Of a stretch of 64,000 nt of DNA, positions 1 through 13,907 are shown one piece after another. The translations under genes and the position numbers were made by a program. Numbering within the stretch: position 1 is the first letter of the stretch; each line of letters begins with the position of its first letter. Source of the DNA: Octopus vulgaris (lineage: Eukaryota); assembly GCA_951406725.2 (NCBI GenBank), contig OX597838.1, positions 1 through 64,000 of the forward strand, read 5' to 3'. Below the pieces are notes generated by a model. It searched no databases. It was given only the letters and a program-made list of their open reading frames with translations, and was not told the DNA's origin.

Positions 1-3000
1 GATTTATCTTTCTATCTCTCTCTCTACAAAATTTAACCTTAGGCTAGACTACCTCAAGCCGTAATCCCATCTCTTCCCATCTCTTTCCATCTTTCAGCCA
101 TTTGGCGGTCTTTTTTCCTCCTCTTACCATTACGATTCTACAATTTAAATTCCCAATTCAACTAACTTACTTCTTCAATTTCAACTCCCGACCGATGTCC
201 GCAGCAAGTTCTTTAAAAATTTATCTTAATATTTCTATTCGTTGTTACTACGTTTATTCATACATTGTTACGAAAATTTAACCTTTTAAGGCTACTTTCA
301 AGCCTTCGCCATAACTTGATTTATCTTTCTATCTCTCTCTCTACAAAATTTAACCTTAGGCTAGACTACCTCAAGCCGTAATCCCATCTCTTCCCATCTC
401 TTTCCATCTTTCAGCCATTTGGCGGTCTTTTTTCCTCCTCTTACCATTACGATTCTACAATTTAAATTCCCAATTCAACTAACTTACTTCTTCAATTTCA
501 ACTCCCGACCGATGTCCGCAGCAAGTTCTTTAAAAATTTATCTTAATATTTCTATTCGTTGTTACTACGTTTATTCATACATTGTTACGAAAATTTAACC
601 TTTTAAGGCTACTTTCAAGCCTTCGCCATAACTTGATTTATCTTTCTATCTCTCTCTCTACAAAATTTAACCTTAGGCTAGACTACCTCAAGCCGTAATC
701 CCATCTCTTCCCATCTCTTTCCATCTTTCAGCCATTTGGCGGTCTTTTTTCCTCCTCTTACCATTACGATTCTACAATTTAAATTCCCAATTCAACTAAC
801 TTACTTCTTCAATTTCAACTCCCGACCGATGTCCGCAGCAAGTTCTTTAAAAATTTATCTTAATATTTCTATTCGTTGTTACTACGTTTATTCATACATT
901 GTTACGAAAATTTAACCTTTTAAGGCTACTTTCAAGCCTTCGCCATAACTTGATTTATCTTTCTATCTCTCTCTCTACAAAATTTAACCTTAGGCTAGAC
1001 TACCTCAAGCCGTAATCCCATCTCTTCCCATCTCTTTCCATCTTTCAGCCATTTGGCGGTCTTTTTCCTCCTCTTACCATTACGATTCTACAATTTAAAT
1101 TCCCAATTCAACTAACTTACTTCTTCAATTTCAACTCCCGACCGATGTCCGCAGCAAGTTCTTTAAAAATTTATCTTAATATTTCTATTCGTTGTTACTA
1201 CGTTTATTCATACATTGTTACGAAAATTTAACCTTTTAAGGCTACTTTCAAGCCTTCGCCATAACTTGATTTATCTTTCTATCTCTCTCTCTACAAAATT
1301 TAACCTTAGGCTAGACTACCTCAAGCCGTAATCCCATCTCTTCCCATCTCTTTCCATCTTTCAGCCATTTGGCGGTCTTTTTTCCTCCTCTTACCATTAC
1401 GATTCTACAATTTAAATTCCCAATTCAACTAACTTACTTCTTCAATTTCAACTCCCGACCGATGTCCGCAGCAAGTTCTTTAAAAAATTTATCTTAATAT
1501 TTCTATTCGTTGTTACTACGTTTATTCATACATTGTTACGAAAATTTAACCTTTTAAGGCTACTTTCAAGCCTTCGCCATAACTTGATTTATCTTTCTAT
1601 CTCTCTCTCTACAAAATTTAACCTTAGGCTAGACTACCTCAAGCCGTAATCCCATCTCTTCCCATCTCTTTCCATCTTTCAGCCATTTGGCGGTCTTTTT
1701 TCCTCCTCTTACCATTACGATTCTACAATTTAAATTCCCAATTCAACTAACTTACTTCTTCAATTTCAACTCCCGACCGATGTCCGCAGCAAGTTCTTTA
1801 AAAATTTATCTTAATATTTCTATTCGTTGTTACTACGTTTATTCATACATTGTTACGAAAATTTAACCTTTTAAGGCTACTTTCAAGCCTTCGCCATAAC
1901 TTGATTTATCTTTCTATCTCTCTCTCTACAAAATTTAACCTTAGGCTAGACTACCTCAAGCCGTAATCCCATCTCTTCCCATCTCTTTCCATCTTTCAGC
2001 CATTTGGCGGTCTTTTTTCCTCCTCTTACCATTACGATTCTACAATTTAAATTCCCAATTCAACTAACTTACTTCTTCAATTTCAACTCCCGACCGATGT
2101 CCGCAGCAAGTTCTTTAAAAATTTATCTTAATATTTCTATTCGTTGTTACTACGTTTATTCATACATTGTTACGAAAATTTAACCTTTTAAGGCTACTTT
2201 CAAGCCTTCGCCATAACTTGATTTATCTTTCTATCTCTCTCTCTACAAAATTTAACCTTAGGCTAGACTACCTCAAGCCGTAATCCCATCTCTTCCCATC
2301 TCTTTCCATCTTTCAGCCATTTGGCGGTCTTTTTTCCTCCTCTTACCATTACGATTCTACAATTTAAATTCCCAATTCAACTAACTTACTTCTTCAATTT
2401 CAACTCCCGACCGATGTCCGCAGCAAGTTCTTTAAAAATTTATCTTAATATTTCTATTCGTTGTTACTACGTTTATTCATACATTGTTACGAAAATTTAA
2501 CCTTTTAAGGCTACTTTCAAGCCTTCGCCATAACTTGATTTATCTTTCTATCTCTCTCTCTACAAAATTTAACCTTAGGCTAGACTACCTCAAGCCGTAA
2601 TCCCATCTCTTCCCATCTCTTTCCATCTTTCAGCCATTTGGCGGTCTTTTTTCCTCCTCTTACCATTACGATTCTACAATTTAAATTCCCAATTCAACTA
2701 ACTTACTTCTTCAATTTCAACTCCCGACCGATGTCCGCAGCAAGTTCTTTAAAAATTTATCTTAATATTTCTATTCGTTGTTACTACGTTTATTCATACA
2801 TTGTTACGAAAATTTAACCTTTTAAGGCTACTTTCAAGCCTTCGCCATAACTTGATTTATCTTTCTATCTCTCTCTCTACAAAATTTAACCTTAGGCTAG
2901 ACTACCTCAAGCCGTAATCCCATCTCTTCCCATCTCTTCCATCTTTCAGCCATTTGGCGGTCTTTTTTCCTCCTCTTACCATTACGATTCTACAATTTAA

Positions 3001-4868
3001 ATTCCCAATTCAACTAACTTACTTCTTCAATTTCAACTCCCGACCGATGTCCGCAGCAAGTTCTTTAAAAATTTATCTTAATATTTCTATTCGTTGTTAC
3101 TACGTTTATTCATACATTGTTACGAAAATTTAACCTTTTAAGGCTACTTTCAAGCCTTCGCCATAACTTGATTTATCTTTCTATCTCTCTCTCTACAAAA
3201 TTTAACCTTAGGCTAGACTACCTCAAGCCGTAATCCCATCTCTTCCCATCTCTTTCCATCTTTCAGCCATTTGGCGGTCTTTTTTCCTCCTCTTACCATT
3301 ACGATTCTACAATTTAAATTCCCAATTCAACTAACTTACTTCTTCAATTTCAACTCCCGACCGATGTCCGCAGCAAGTTCTTTAAAAATTTATCTTAATA
3401 TTTCTATTCGTTGTTACTACGTTTATTCATACATTGTTACGAAAATTTAACCTTTTAAGGCTACTTTCAAGCCTTCGCCATAACTTGATTTATCTTTCTA
3501 TCTCTCTCTCTACAAAATTTAACCTTAGGCTAGACTACCTCAAGCCGTAATCCCATCTCTTCCCATCTCTTTCCATCTTTCAGCCATTTGGCGGTCTTTT
3601 TTCCTCCTCTTACCATTACGATTCTACAATTTAAATTCCCAATTCAACTAACTTACTTCTTCAATTTCAACTCCCGACCGATGTCCGCAGCAAGTTCTTT
3701 AAAAAATTTATCTTAATATTTCTATTCGTTGTTACTACGTTTATTCATACATTGTTACGAAAATTTAACCTTTTAAGGCTACTTTCAAGCCTTCGCCATA
3801 ACTTGATTTATCTTTCTATCTCTCTCTCTACAAAATTTAACCTTAGGCTAGACTACCTCAAGCCGTAATCCCATCTCTTCCCATCTCTTTCCATCTTTCA
3901 GCCATTTGGCGGTCTTTTTTCCTCCTCTTACCATTACGATTCTACAATTTAAATTCCCAATTCAACTAACTTACTTCTTCAATTTCAACTCCCGACCGAT
4001 GTCCGCAGCAAGTTCTTTAAAAATTTATCTTAATATTTCTATTCGTTGTTACTACGTTTATTCATACATTGTTACGAAAATTTAACCTTTTAAGGCTACT
4101 TTCAAGCCTTCGCCATAACTTGATTTATCTTTCTATCTCTCTCTCTACAAAATTTAACCTTAGGCTAGACTACCTCAAGCCGTAATCCCATCTCTTCCCA
4201 TCTCTTTCCATCTTTCAGCCATTTGGCGGTCTTTTTTCCTCCTCTTACCATTACGATTCTACAATTTAAATTCCCAATTCAACTAACTTACTTCTTCAAT
4301 TTCAACTCCCGACCGATGTCCGCAGCAAGTTCTTTAAAAATTTATCTTAATATTTCTATTCGTTGTTACTACGTTTATTCATACATTGTTACGAAAATTT
4401 AACCTTTTAAGGCTACTTTCAAGCCTTCGCCATAACTTGATTTATCTTTCTATCTCTCTCTCTACAAAATTTAACCTTAGGCTAGACTACCTCAAGCCGT
4501 AATCCCATCTCTTCCCATCTCTTTCCATCTTTCAGCCATTTGGCGGTCTTTTTTCCTCCTCTTACCATTACGATTCTACAATTTAAATTCCCAATTCAAC
4601 TAACTTACTTCTTCAATTTCAACTCCCGACCGATGTCCGCAGCAAGTTCTTTAAAAAAATTTATCTTAATATTTCTATTCGTTGTTACTACGTTTATTCA
4701 TACATTGTTACGAAAATTTAACCTTTTAAGGCTACTTTCAAGCCTTCGCCATAACTTGATTTATCTTTCTATCTCTCTCTCTACAAAATTTAACCTTAGG
4801 CTAGGCTACCTCAAGCCGTAATCCCATCTCTTCCCTTCTCTTTCCATCTTTCAGCCATTGGCGGTGCG
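1..4868. repeat. Tandem satellite array, ~317-bp unit, ~15 copies, runs off the left edge
   Basis: GATTTATCTTTCTATC restarts at 1, 318, 635, etc. Copies differ mostly by homopolymer length, and the last unit has extra substitutions. Confidence 0.98.
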
Positions 4869-4880
4869 CCCGCCCCCCAC

Positions 4881-5010
4881 CCCCACCACCAATACCGATG
4901 AACACTGTTCTCACCCCCACCACCAATACCGGTGAACACTGTTCTCACCGCCAACACCACCAATACTGGTGAACACTGTTCCTCACCCCCACCACCAATA
5001 CCAGTATACC
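4881..5010. repeat. Short C-rich minisatellite (~30-33 bp x4) at the satellite boundary
   Basis: Repeats of CCACCAATACCGGTGAACACTGTTCTCACC. Confidence 0.85.
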
Positions 5011-5584
5011 CTGTCCTCACCATCTACACCGGATACGCCTTACTCATCTACACCGGGTACGCCCTACTCCCTCCTCCTCCCCCCACTACCCCTTCTCCTC
5101 ATATGCTTTCACTGTGAAAAGACAAGCTGCTAGCGCCATAGCTCATCAACTGCCCACCGATCTTACGCTTCCTCCTGACACTGCTTCATTCCGACTATCC
5201 CCCTTTAGCACCCTCCCGCCTCGTAATATCCTACGTTTTTATTTCTTAGGAACCTACACCAACCCTTCCTGCCATCGTTCCTCCTTACCCCAACCTTCCC
5301 CACTGGTTGCTCCCCTATATTACCCACCTCAACTGGACCCCCCCTCCCCAACTCAACTCTAGAATATCTGTATTCTTTCCTCTACCTAATAACGTTACTC
5401 AGTGACGATAACGAATGTCTTTATTTCTTAGGAACCTACACCAACCCTTCCTTACTCAGTGACGATAAATGCTGTGACTACAAAGACCCGGGCTGCTTTC
5501 TGCAGCAATTCCACATACCCCCTACTCATTCTAAGTACCCCGGATCCCCAAAGTACCCTGGATCCCCAAAGTACCCCGGACCTC

Positions 5585-5852
5585 GTTGCCCCCGTGCCGC
5601 TGACACGTTAAAATGCTCGAACCGATCGTGACGATGCCGGACCCTCCGGCCCCTGTGCAGGTGGCACGTAAAAAGCACCCAATCCACTCACGGAGTGGTT
5701 GGCGTTAGGAAGGGCATCCAGCCGTAGAAACTCTGCCAGATTCAGACTGGAGCCTGGTGCGGCCCCTGGCTTCCCAGACCCGGTCAAACCGTCCAACCCG
5801 TGCTAGCGCGGAAGGCGGACGTTAAACGATGATGATGATGATGATGATGATG
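5585..5852 (+). mobile_element. RTE-LINE 3' UTR fragment ending in (GAT)n
   Basis: GGAGTGGTTGGCGTTAGGAAGGGCATCCAGC...GGACGTTAAACGATGATGAT matches the 3' end of the RTE at 16.8-18.7 kb. Confidence 0.85.
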
Positions 5853-7210
<1,358 letters not shown>

Positions 7211-7329
7211 ATGTGAGATAATAGTTTCACTTTAATAGTTTCAGCATTAATAGTTAAACTATTGAACTGAAAGTATCTCATATGACGATAGAGATGTTGT
7301 TTCAATTTTGACACATAATACTGAAATAG

Positions 7330-7513
7330 AGTAAGAAATAAAAGACTGCTCCGGGCTCACATTAGGCAAGAAATTGAAAATTTTTTTGGTCCACAACACT
7401 GCATGTAACCAAAGTAAGGCATGTGTAAAATTTGAATGAAATCAGTTGTGTAGTTCTCAAGTTTTAGGGATTCACACAGACAGTCACATGTTTTCAGTTT
7501 TATGTTATGAAGA
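7330..7513 (-). mobile_element. Non-autonomous Helitron-like 5' end
   Basis: Minus strand reads a|TCTTCATAACATAAAACTG...GTCTGTGTG...CTTGAGAACTACACAACTGATTTCATTCAAATTTT, resembling the Helitron 5' end at 13908. Confidence 0.5.
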
Positions 7514-8292
7514 TTCCTCATATATTAGTTATTGTTTATTATTTAATTGAACGGAACGCATCCATTTCCAAGTAAGTTTATCTTCACCTTTTTTATGCCA
7601 CTCTTTACTCTCTACTGTTTTCTTCCTCCATCTTTCTCTAATTCCCTTTTTCTCCTTCCCTCCTTCACCAGTTTCAATTTCTCTCTCTCTCCCTCCCCCT
7701 CTTTCTCTCTCTCCCCCCCTCTTTCTCTTTATTTCTCTCTCTCTGCTCACACTTGACCTTTCTTTTCCTGTACAGATGGTTAAACGAATGGACGTGTTTC
7801 TCTCTCTCTTTCTTCTATCTTTTCTCTTTACAAAAGAAAAAACAAAAATGTTTCTCCTAGCGTTCACTATTTTCCTCTCATTGTGGCCTAACAACCCTCC
7901 ATGTTCATTTTCATTTCGTTTCCTTGTATGTCACCACTGTCATTTTTTAATTCTCAAATTTTACCCTCCATAAATCCTAAATTTTATTTTAGAATTTATG
8001 GGAGCAACTGTCTTTGAAGACTCATATTGTCGTTGAATGCTCGAAATGAGTAGTAAATAGACAGCCAATAACTGATGAAGGGTCCTTTCTCTGTATTAAC
8101 TTGTCCTGTTTTCCATTTTTTTCTCATTGTTTGCATATTTCATGTTATTTGCATGTACATACATAGATAGCATTGTTTGAAACGTTAAACCATCTTTCTT
8201 TCCTTCCTTGAGTGTCTGTTAATACTTTACATGTACCTCATCCTCACATTGTTGTTGTTTTTTGTGTTTGTTGTTCTTTTTGGGATTTACTA

Positions 8293-8336
<44 letters not shown>

Positions 8337-8391
8337 AGGTAAGCAACGTAGCACACAACTAATCCACATTTGATAACATTCATATTATAAT

Positions 8392-8622
8392 TGGGTATAA
8401 GAGGCATTAGATGTGTGCAAGAGAGAAGATTGTGCTGGTGTGGTCATGTGATGCATATAGATGAGGACAGCTGCATAAAAAAGTGCTGATTTCTAATTGT
8501 GGAGGGAGCCTGTGGAAAGGGTAGACCCAAGAAAATATGGTGAGAAATAATCTTCAGATATTGGAGCCTCACAGAGAGTGCAAGTGACCAAGATATCTTG
8601 TGTCTGAAATGAGCCCAAGACT
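8392..8622 (+). mobile_element. Degenerate RTE-LINE ORF C-terminal fragment
   Basis: Similar to 17860-18100 (GIRC..QERRL.W.GHV...DEDSC). Confidence 0.75.
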
Positions 8623-8624
8623 GT

Positions 8625-9210
8625 TCAAAGATGTGGGGAAAGCAGCATGACATCACCGTTACTGGAACCATACTCAAAGACCATCATAGTTGGGTGGACC
8701 TGGCTTGTTACACTGGACATCACCTGGATTGTAGACAAGCAACCTGTTGTTTTAGGTTGAACTGTGGAACTGCTCCTGGCAGAAGTTGTTTTACATCTGA
8801 GAAGAACTAGATTATTACCAGCTCAACAGGATACCTCAAGCTTTTTCAAGAGCTTCTTTGCCTTTGTCAAGCTGTAGAATTTGTCCGATGTGCCTCTCGA
8901 TAATGAAGGTCCTAATTCAGAGTCAGCTTCATAGTGGCACCTCCAACACCGAACGGTCTCACCAAAGCTTGGATCTATCCCACAATTGTTGGATGAATTC
9001 CAGTGTGTGGATGCAGTCAGAATGCTTGCTGTGTCCCTTTCTGCTGACCCCAGCCTCATAGTTTTCGTTGCAACTATCCCTATCACATTCTACAACCTTT
9101 ACAGTGTTTACAGAGCATTGTGCAGCAATCTTGATGTCTGCATTTTGATGGTGCAAATCATCATGATACAAATAACTCTTTCCCAATATCCAGATGGCTT
9201 CCACTCATCT
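8625..9210 (-). mobile_element. Degenerate Tc1/mariner-superfamily transposase fragment
   Basis: QCSVNTVK...YEA..SRKGHSKHSDCIHTLEFIQQL and a decayed FFSD.KNFCQ motif, related to 19618-20250. Confidence 0.7.
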
Positions 9211-9344
9211 ATTTCAGCTGAGTTTTTCTCAACTACAACTTCAGTCCTTAGGCTCTTCAACACCATTGATTGTTCACCAATACAGCAAGCTGTTCACCAA
9301 AAAAAAGGGGACATAAAAATCACCAAATTTAGCCTAAGGCATAA

Positions 9345-9680
9345 AACTATGTGGTAAGAAGTTTGCTTCTGAACCACATGGTTCTGGGTTCTGTCCCACA
9401 CAGTGGACACAGAACCCAGAACGATGTGTACAGAACCCAGAACACTGTAAAGGTTGTAGAATGTGATAGGGATAGTTGCAACGAAGGCTATGAAGCTGTG
9501 GTCAACAGAAAGGGGCACAGCAAGCATTCTGACTGCATCCACAGACTGGAATTCATCAAACAACTGCTGGATAGAGTGATGGAAGCAACTTCTACAATAA
9601 CCTTGGGTTGAGCAAAGCCTTGTGAGCAGATTTGCTAGACAAAAACTGAAGGAACCTGTCTTTTGTGTGTGTGTGTATTT
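9345..9680 (+). mobile_element. Degenerate tRNA-derived SINE interrupted by an inverted mariner fragment (9441-9575)
   Basis: Head GTGGTAAGAAGTTTGCTT..AACCACATGGTTC and body AAAGCCTTGTGAG match the SINE at 39110; the middle is the reverse complement of 8974-9108. Confidence 0.75.
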
Positions 9681-10732
9681 TTCTCTCTCCTTTTGTTCCT
9701 CATCAATGCTTGAGAGAAGTACATGAAAAAATGGTTGCTGAATACAATAAAGTATGTTACCTTTATATTTCTATGTATATACACCAGGGTAAATTACTTC
9801 TATACTTGTAAAGCATAAGGTACATTTCTTCTATTTTTGTGTAATATAAGTTAACGTGTAATCCAATGTGACAGTTGGTAGATAAGATGTTTGTTGTAAG
9901 ATTTTTATATAAGAAGAATTTAAACAAGCCCATGTTATAACTATGCAAATAAAATGACACGCTTGTTATACATAGCAAGACAGACTTTTCATGCATTGAC
10001 TGATGGTTGCCTTACAAATATAACAAAAGAGACAAGAATCCTATTAAATAACAAATTCCCAGCATGTAACTTCAAGATCCATATGTTTTTTTATTCTAAG
10101 AAAAAACCGAGACCCAACACATACAAAACTGAGGGAGACAATCATAAAACTGTTAGTGTTGTTGTTGTTCATCTCCAGTCAGCTCATCTTCAGTAGATTC
10201 AGAGAATCAGCCCATGGATCACAAATACATAAGATTTGTCATTAAAATTTTCTTACAAAAACCAAATTGTGATTTACACCACTCAACTAAAATATATTGC
10301 CTAGAAAAGCTTCAACTATTATTTTATGCCTTTCTTCTACTTTTACTCTGGAGTTTTGTCCTCTTAGAAACAACAGAAAGGCCTTGTAAACATTTCACAT
10401 CCATATTTGTGTGCACAAACACACATACATATGTCTAACAGAAAGTGACACATAATTTAATCAGTGTAATTATTTCAAAATAATTAGTCTAAATTTACAC
10501 AAGCATTTCAATGATGAGCTTAAAAAGTCAATAAATATTAATACTGTAATTACTGTTGTTGTTGCTGCTGCTTGGAATTGTTGCAAACACAGAATTAGAT
10601 GAAATTCAATGTCAATAACTCAATATAAACCGTTGCAGCAGACAAACTAACAGCTGCACCCATTGATGCATTAACAACATTAATGGTGCACAATAAACAC
10701 TATAGCAACAGAGAACGGAACAACAATGGTAA

Positions 10733-11320
10733 CATCATCATCGTTTAGCATCCGCTTTCCATGCTAGAATGGGTTGGACGGTTCAACTGGGGTCTGGGAA
10801 GCCAGAAGGCTGCACCAGGCCCAGTCTGATCTGGCAATGTTTCTACGGCTGGATGCCCTTCCTAACGCCAACCACTCCATGAGTGTAGTGGGTGCTTTTT
10901 ACGTGCCAGGCGAGGCTGGCAACGGCCACGATCGGATGGTGCTTTTTACGTGCCACCGGCACGGAGGCCAGTCGGGGCGGTGCTGGCAACAGCCACGTTC
11001 GGATGGTTCTCTTACATGCCACCGGCACTGGTATCACAGCTGCAATTTCCATTGATGTTGATCGATTTTGATTTTGATTTTCACTTGCCTCAACAGGTCT
11101 TCACAAGTAGAGTTTTGTGTCCCAAGAAGGAAAGGTATGCATAAGTGGACTGGCTACATCCCATGTAGAGGCCACAGGTTATGGTCTCACTTGTCCTGCC
11201 GGGTCTTCTCATGCACAACATACTTCAAAAGGTCTCGGTCTCTAGTCATTTCCTCGGTGAGACCTAAAGTTCGAAGGTCGTGCTTCACCACCTCGTCCCA
11301 GGTTTTCCTGGGTCTGCCTC
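10733..11320 (-). mobile_element. 5'-truncated RTE-LINE (3' UTR plus ORF end)
   Basis: (CAT)n tail, 3' UTR repeats and RPRKTWDEVVKHDL on the minus strand. Confidence 0.9.
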
Positions 11321-13489
11321 TTACAGTGAACAGAAAAAAAAAACAGTGAACAGTACAACAACAATAATTCTAATCACTTCTCACAACAATAGTCCTAAAT
11401 GTGTTTAGAATGGGAGAGGGGTGATGTGATATCAGTTGAAATAAAGAGTTGCTATTTTTCTAACATAATTTGTAAGCAACAATCCATTGTTTCTATAGCA
11501 ACATTTGAAGCAGGATGAAGTGCATTCTGTGATCTATCAAATGTTAGAACTGAAAGTTGCTGTAAAAATATGTAATTAACAATAATTAATATTGTCACTA
11601 ATCATTAGTAGGTGAAAGGACATCAGAGAATCTTTTCATATAATGAATGAATAATCTATTTACTTTACTAATTAGTCTACATTACTATTCTTTTTCCTTC
11701 ACAAATTTGCCCACCACCAGCTAATAAAAAGAGATCCTGTCTAGGTTTAAGGTTTAAACAAATTATAGCTCAATTTGTATCGATGAATACTGACAACTAT
11801 CAGGAGGACTGAACAATGAGATTCTGAGTGAATGGGAAACTGGTGTTCATTGAGAGGTTTAAATATAGTAACTTACCTTAGATTTGTTTGGTAGTTCTTC
11901 CTAACCTAAATAGGATATTGTGATAGTTTGGAGGCAATTATTAATAAGATGGTTCATATTCAGCAATATTTAGCTACAAAGGCTTGTAGAATATGTCAAA
12001 CAAATAAAATTTCTACATAATTAGTAGAGTCCAGGGCTAAGCACCAACAACAGTAATCTGAACATCAGTTATTGATTGATTTTCCTAACCAAAGTTAATC
12101 AATACTATTAAAGCAGTTGCAATACAATAGGATGAATGTATAATTGTTTTCTGATAACTAATTCATCATAGAATGATGGTTTAACACTGGAGGATGAAGA
12201 AGAGGGTACCACCACCATCATCTCAGATTGGAGGCCTGCCCTGAATGCTTGCAACAGAGTGGATTTAATTAAAAGCACACAAGTATAAGGTGGTGGTGGT
12301 GGTGGTGTTAAAGCAAGCCAGAGGTTAAATCTATAATCCAACAAGGATAATCCTCCAGTAGGTTTTTACTTTTTCTACCTGGCAAATTTCGCTCAAATCT
12401 TTGGTAGAAGACACATGCCCAACGTGCTGCACAGTAAAGTCAAAACTGAATCTCCAGTTATGCTGTTGCCTTAATACAGATCTTCTCCACACTGAACAAA
12501 CTGAGTGAACCTAAGCTTGATTATAAGCATTACAGCTCTGATTATCCTATACTTTTTGTGCTCTTTATGTGGGTACCACTATGAAGTTTTGAAAATATTT
12601 GAATGCAATTTCTACTGTACTTTTTCTTGGAGAACATCCAAAAAAAAAACAAAAAAACATTTGATACCTCATTTATGAAATTTAGATGAATATTTTGGTA
12701 AATATGACAATTTGAATGGTCAGCAAAATGGTTGAAATCTTACCTAATTAGCCTAAATCAATAATTCCTAAACTTTTGGGGGGCTACTGCACCCTTGACA
12801 CCCAAGCCACATTCCTCCCAAACTAACCATCACAAACACAGACTTCCTATAGCAAGTTCAAAGCAACTGTATTTCACAAATAAAACAACCTAATGAACCC
12901 ATTATTTTGTGGTTTTTACATGAATTGCCACCCCATTACCACCCAGATTTTTACATGAATCACTACCCCATCATCATCCCACTTTTCTTCAAAGACCCCT
13001 TGGAACTTTACACTGCCCCAGGGTGGCAATACTGCCCACTTTGAGAACCACTGGCCTAAATGAATAATTAGCCATATTTGTGATGTCATATCTTTGAAAC
13101 TGAGGTGAAAATCATCTTCAAATTATGTAAATTAATAGTAACCATGGTAATAGAGCAGTTGTCTATTTTATCTTTTTCGTGTTCTTGGAAAGAAAACTTT
13201 CATTTTGACAATTTTAAAAATATTTATGTAAAGCCTATTTTGTTACATGTCACAGTCAATTTCACAGTGTTTTCAGACCTAGCTAAATCCAAAAGTACAA
13301 GTCATAGGAACTTGAGGATTGACACATTTGTAAATGGCATAGAACTAAATAAATCTTGAGATTTTGGAGACAACACTTCAATAAAATTTTAATGGGCTAT
13401 CAAAAATGGCTAAAATGGTAAAATTTCAGATCAAGACACCAATATTTTCTGTTTTAATGGGGATTTTCCCAATTTATTTTTATGTCACC

Positions 13490-13808
13490 AGCCCCCTCAC
13501 CCTGATTAGCTCCTGTGCCAGTGACACAAAAAAGCACCATCCGAACATGGCCAATGCCAGCACTGCTTTGACTAGTTCCTGTGCAAGTGGCACATAAAAA
13601 GCACCATCAGATTATGGTCGACGCCAGCTCCTTCTGGCCAGTGCCATGTAAAAAGCACCCGCTACACTCTCGGAGTGGTTGGCGTTAGGAAGGGCATCCA
13701 GCTGCAGAAACAATGCCAGATTAGACTGGAGCCTGGTGCAGCCTCCTGATTTCCCAGACCCCAGTTGAACCTTCCAACCATGCCAGCAGTGAAACGATGA
13801 TGATGATC
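13490..13808 (+). mobile_element. RTE-LINE 3' UTR fragment
   Basis: Same tail motif ending in GATGATGAT. Confidence 0.85.
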
Positions 13809-13907
13809 TTGCAAACGATGGGGTAAGCATTTTATGTGGAAAATGTTTGAAAATTTATGATTTTTTTCCACTAATCCCACCCCCATCATATACAATGATA
13901 TCACATA

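Noticed and set aside
4540-4821. 93-aa ORF in the last satellite unit
   Set aside because: It is opened by a homopolymer length variant and has no ATG start.
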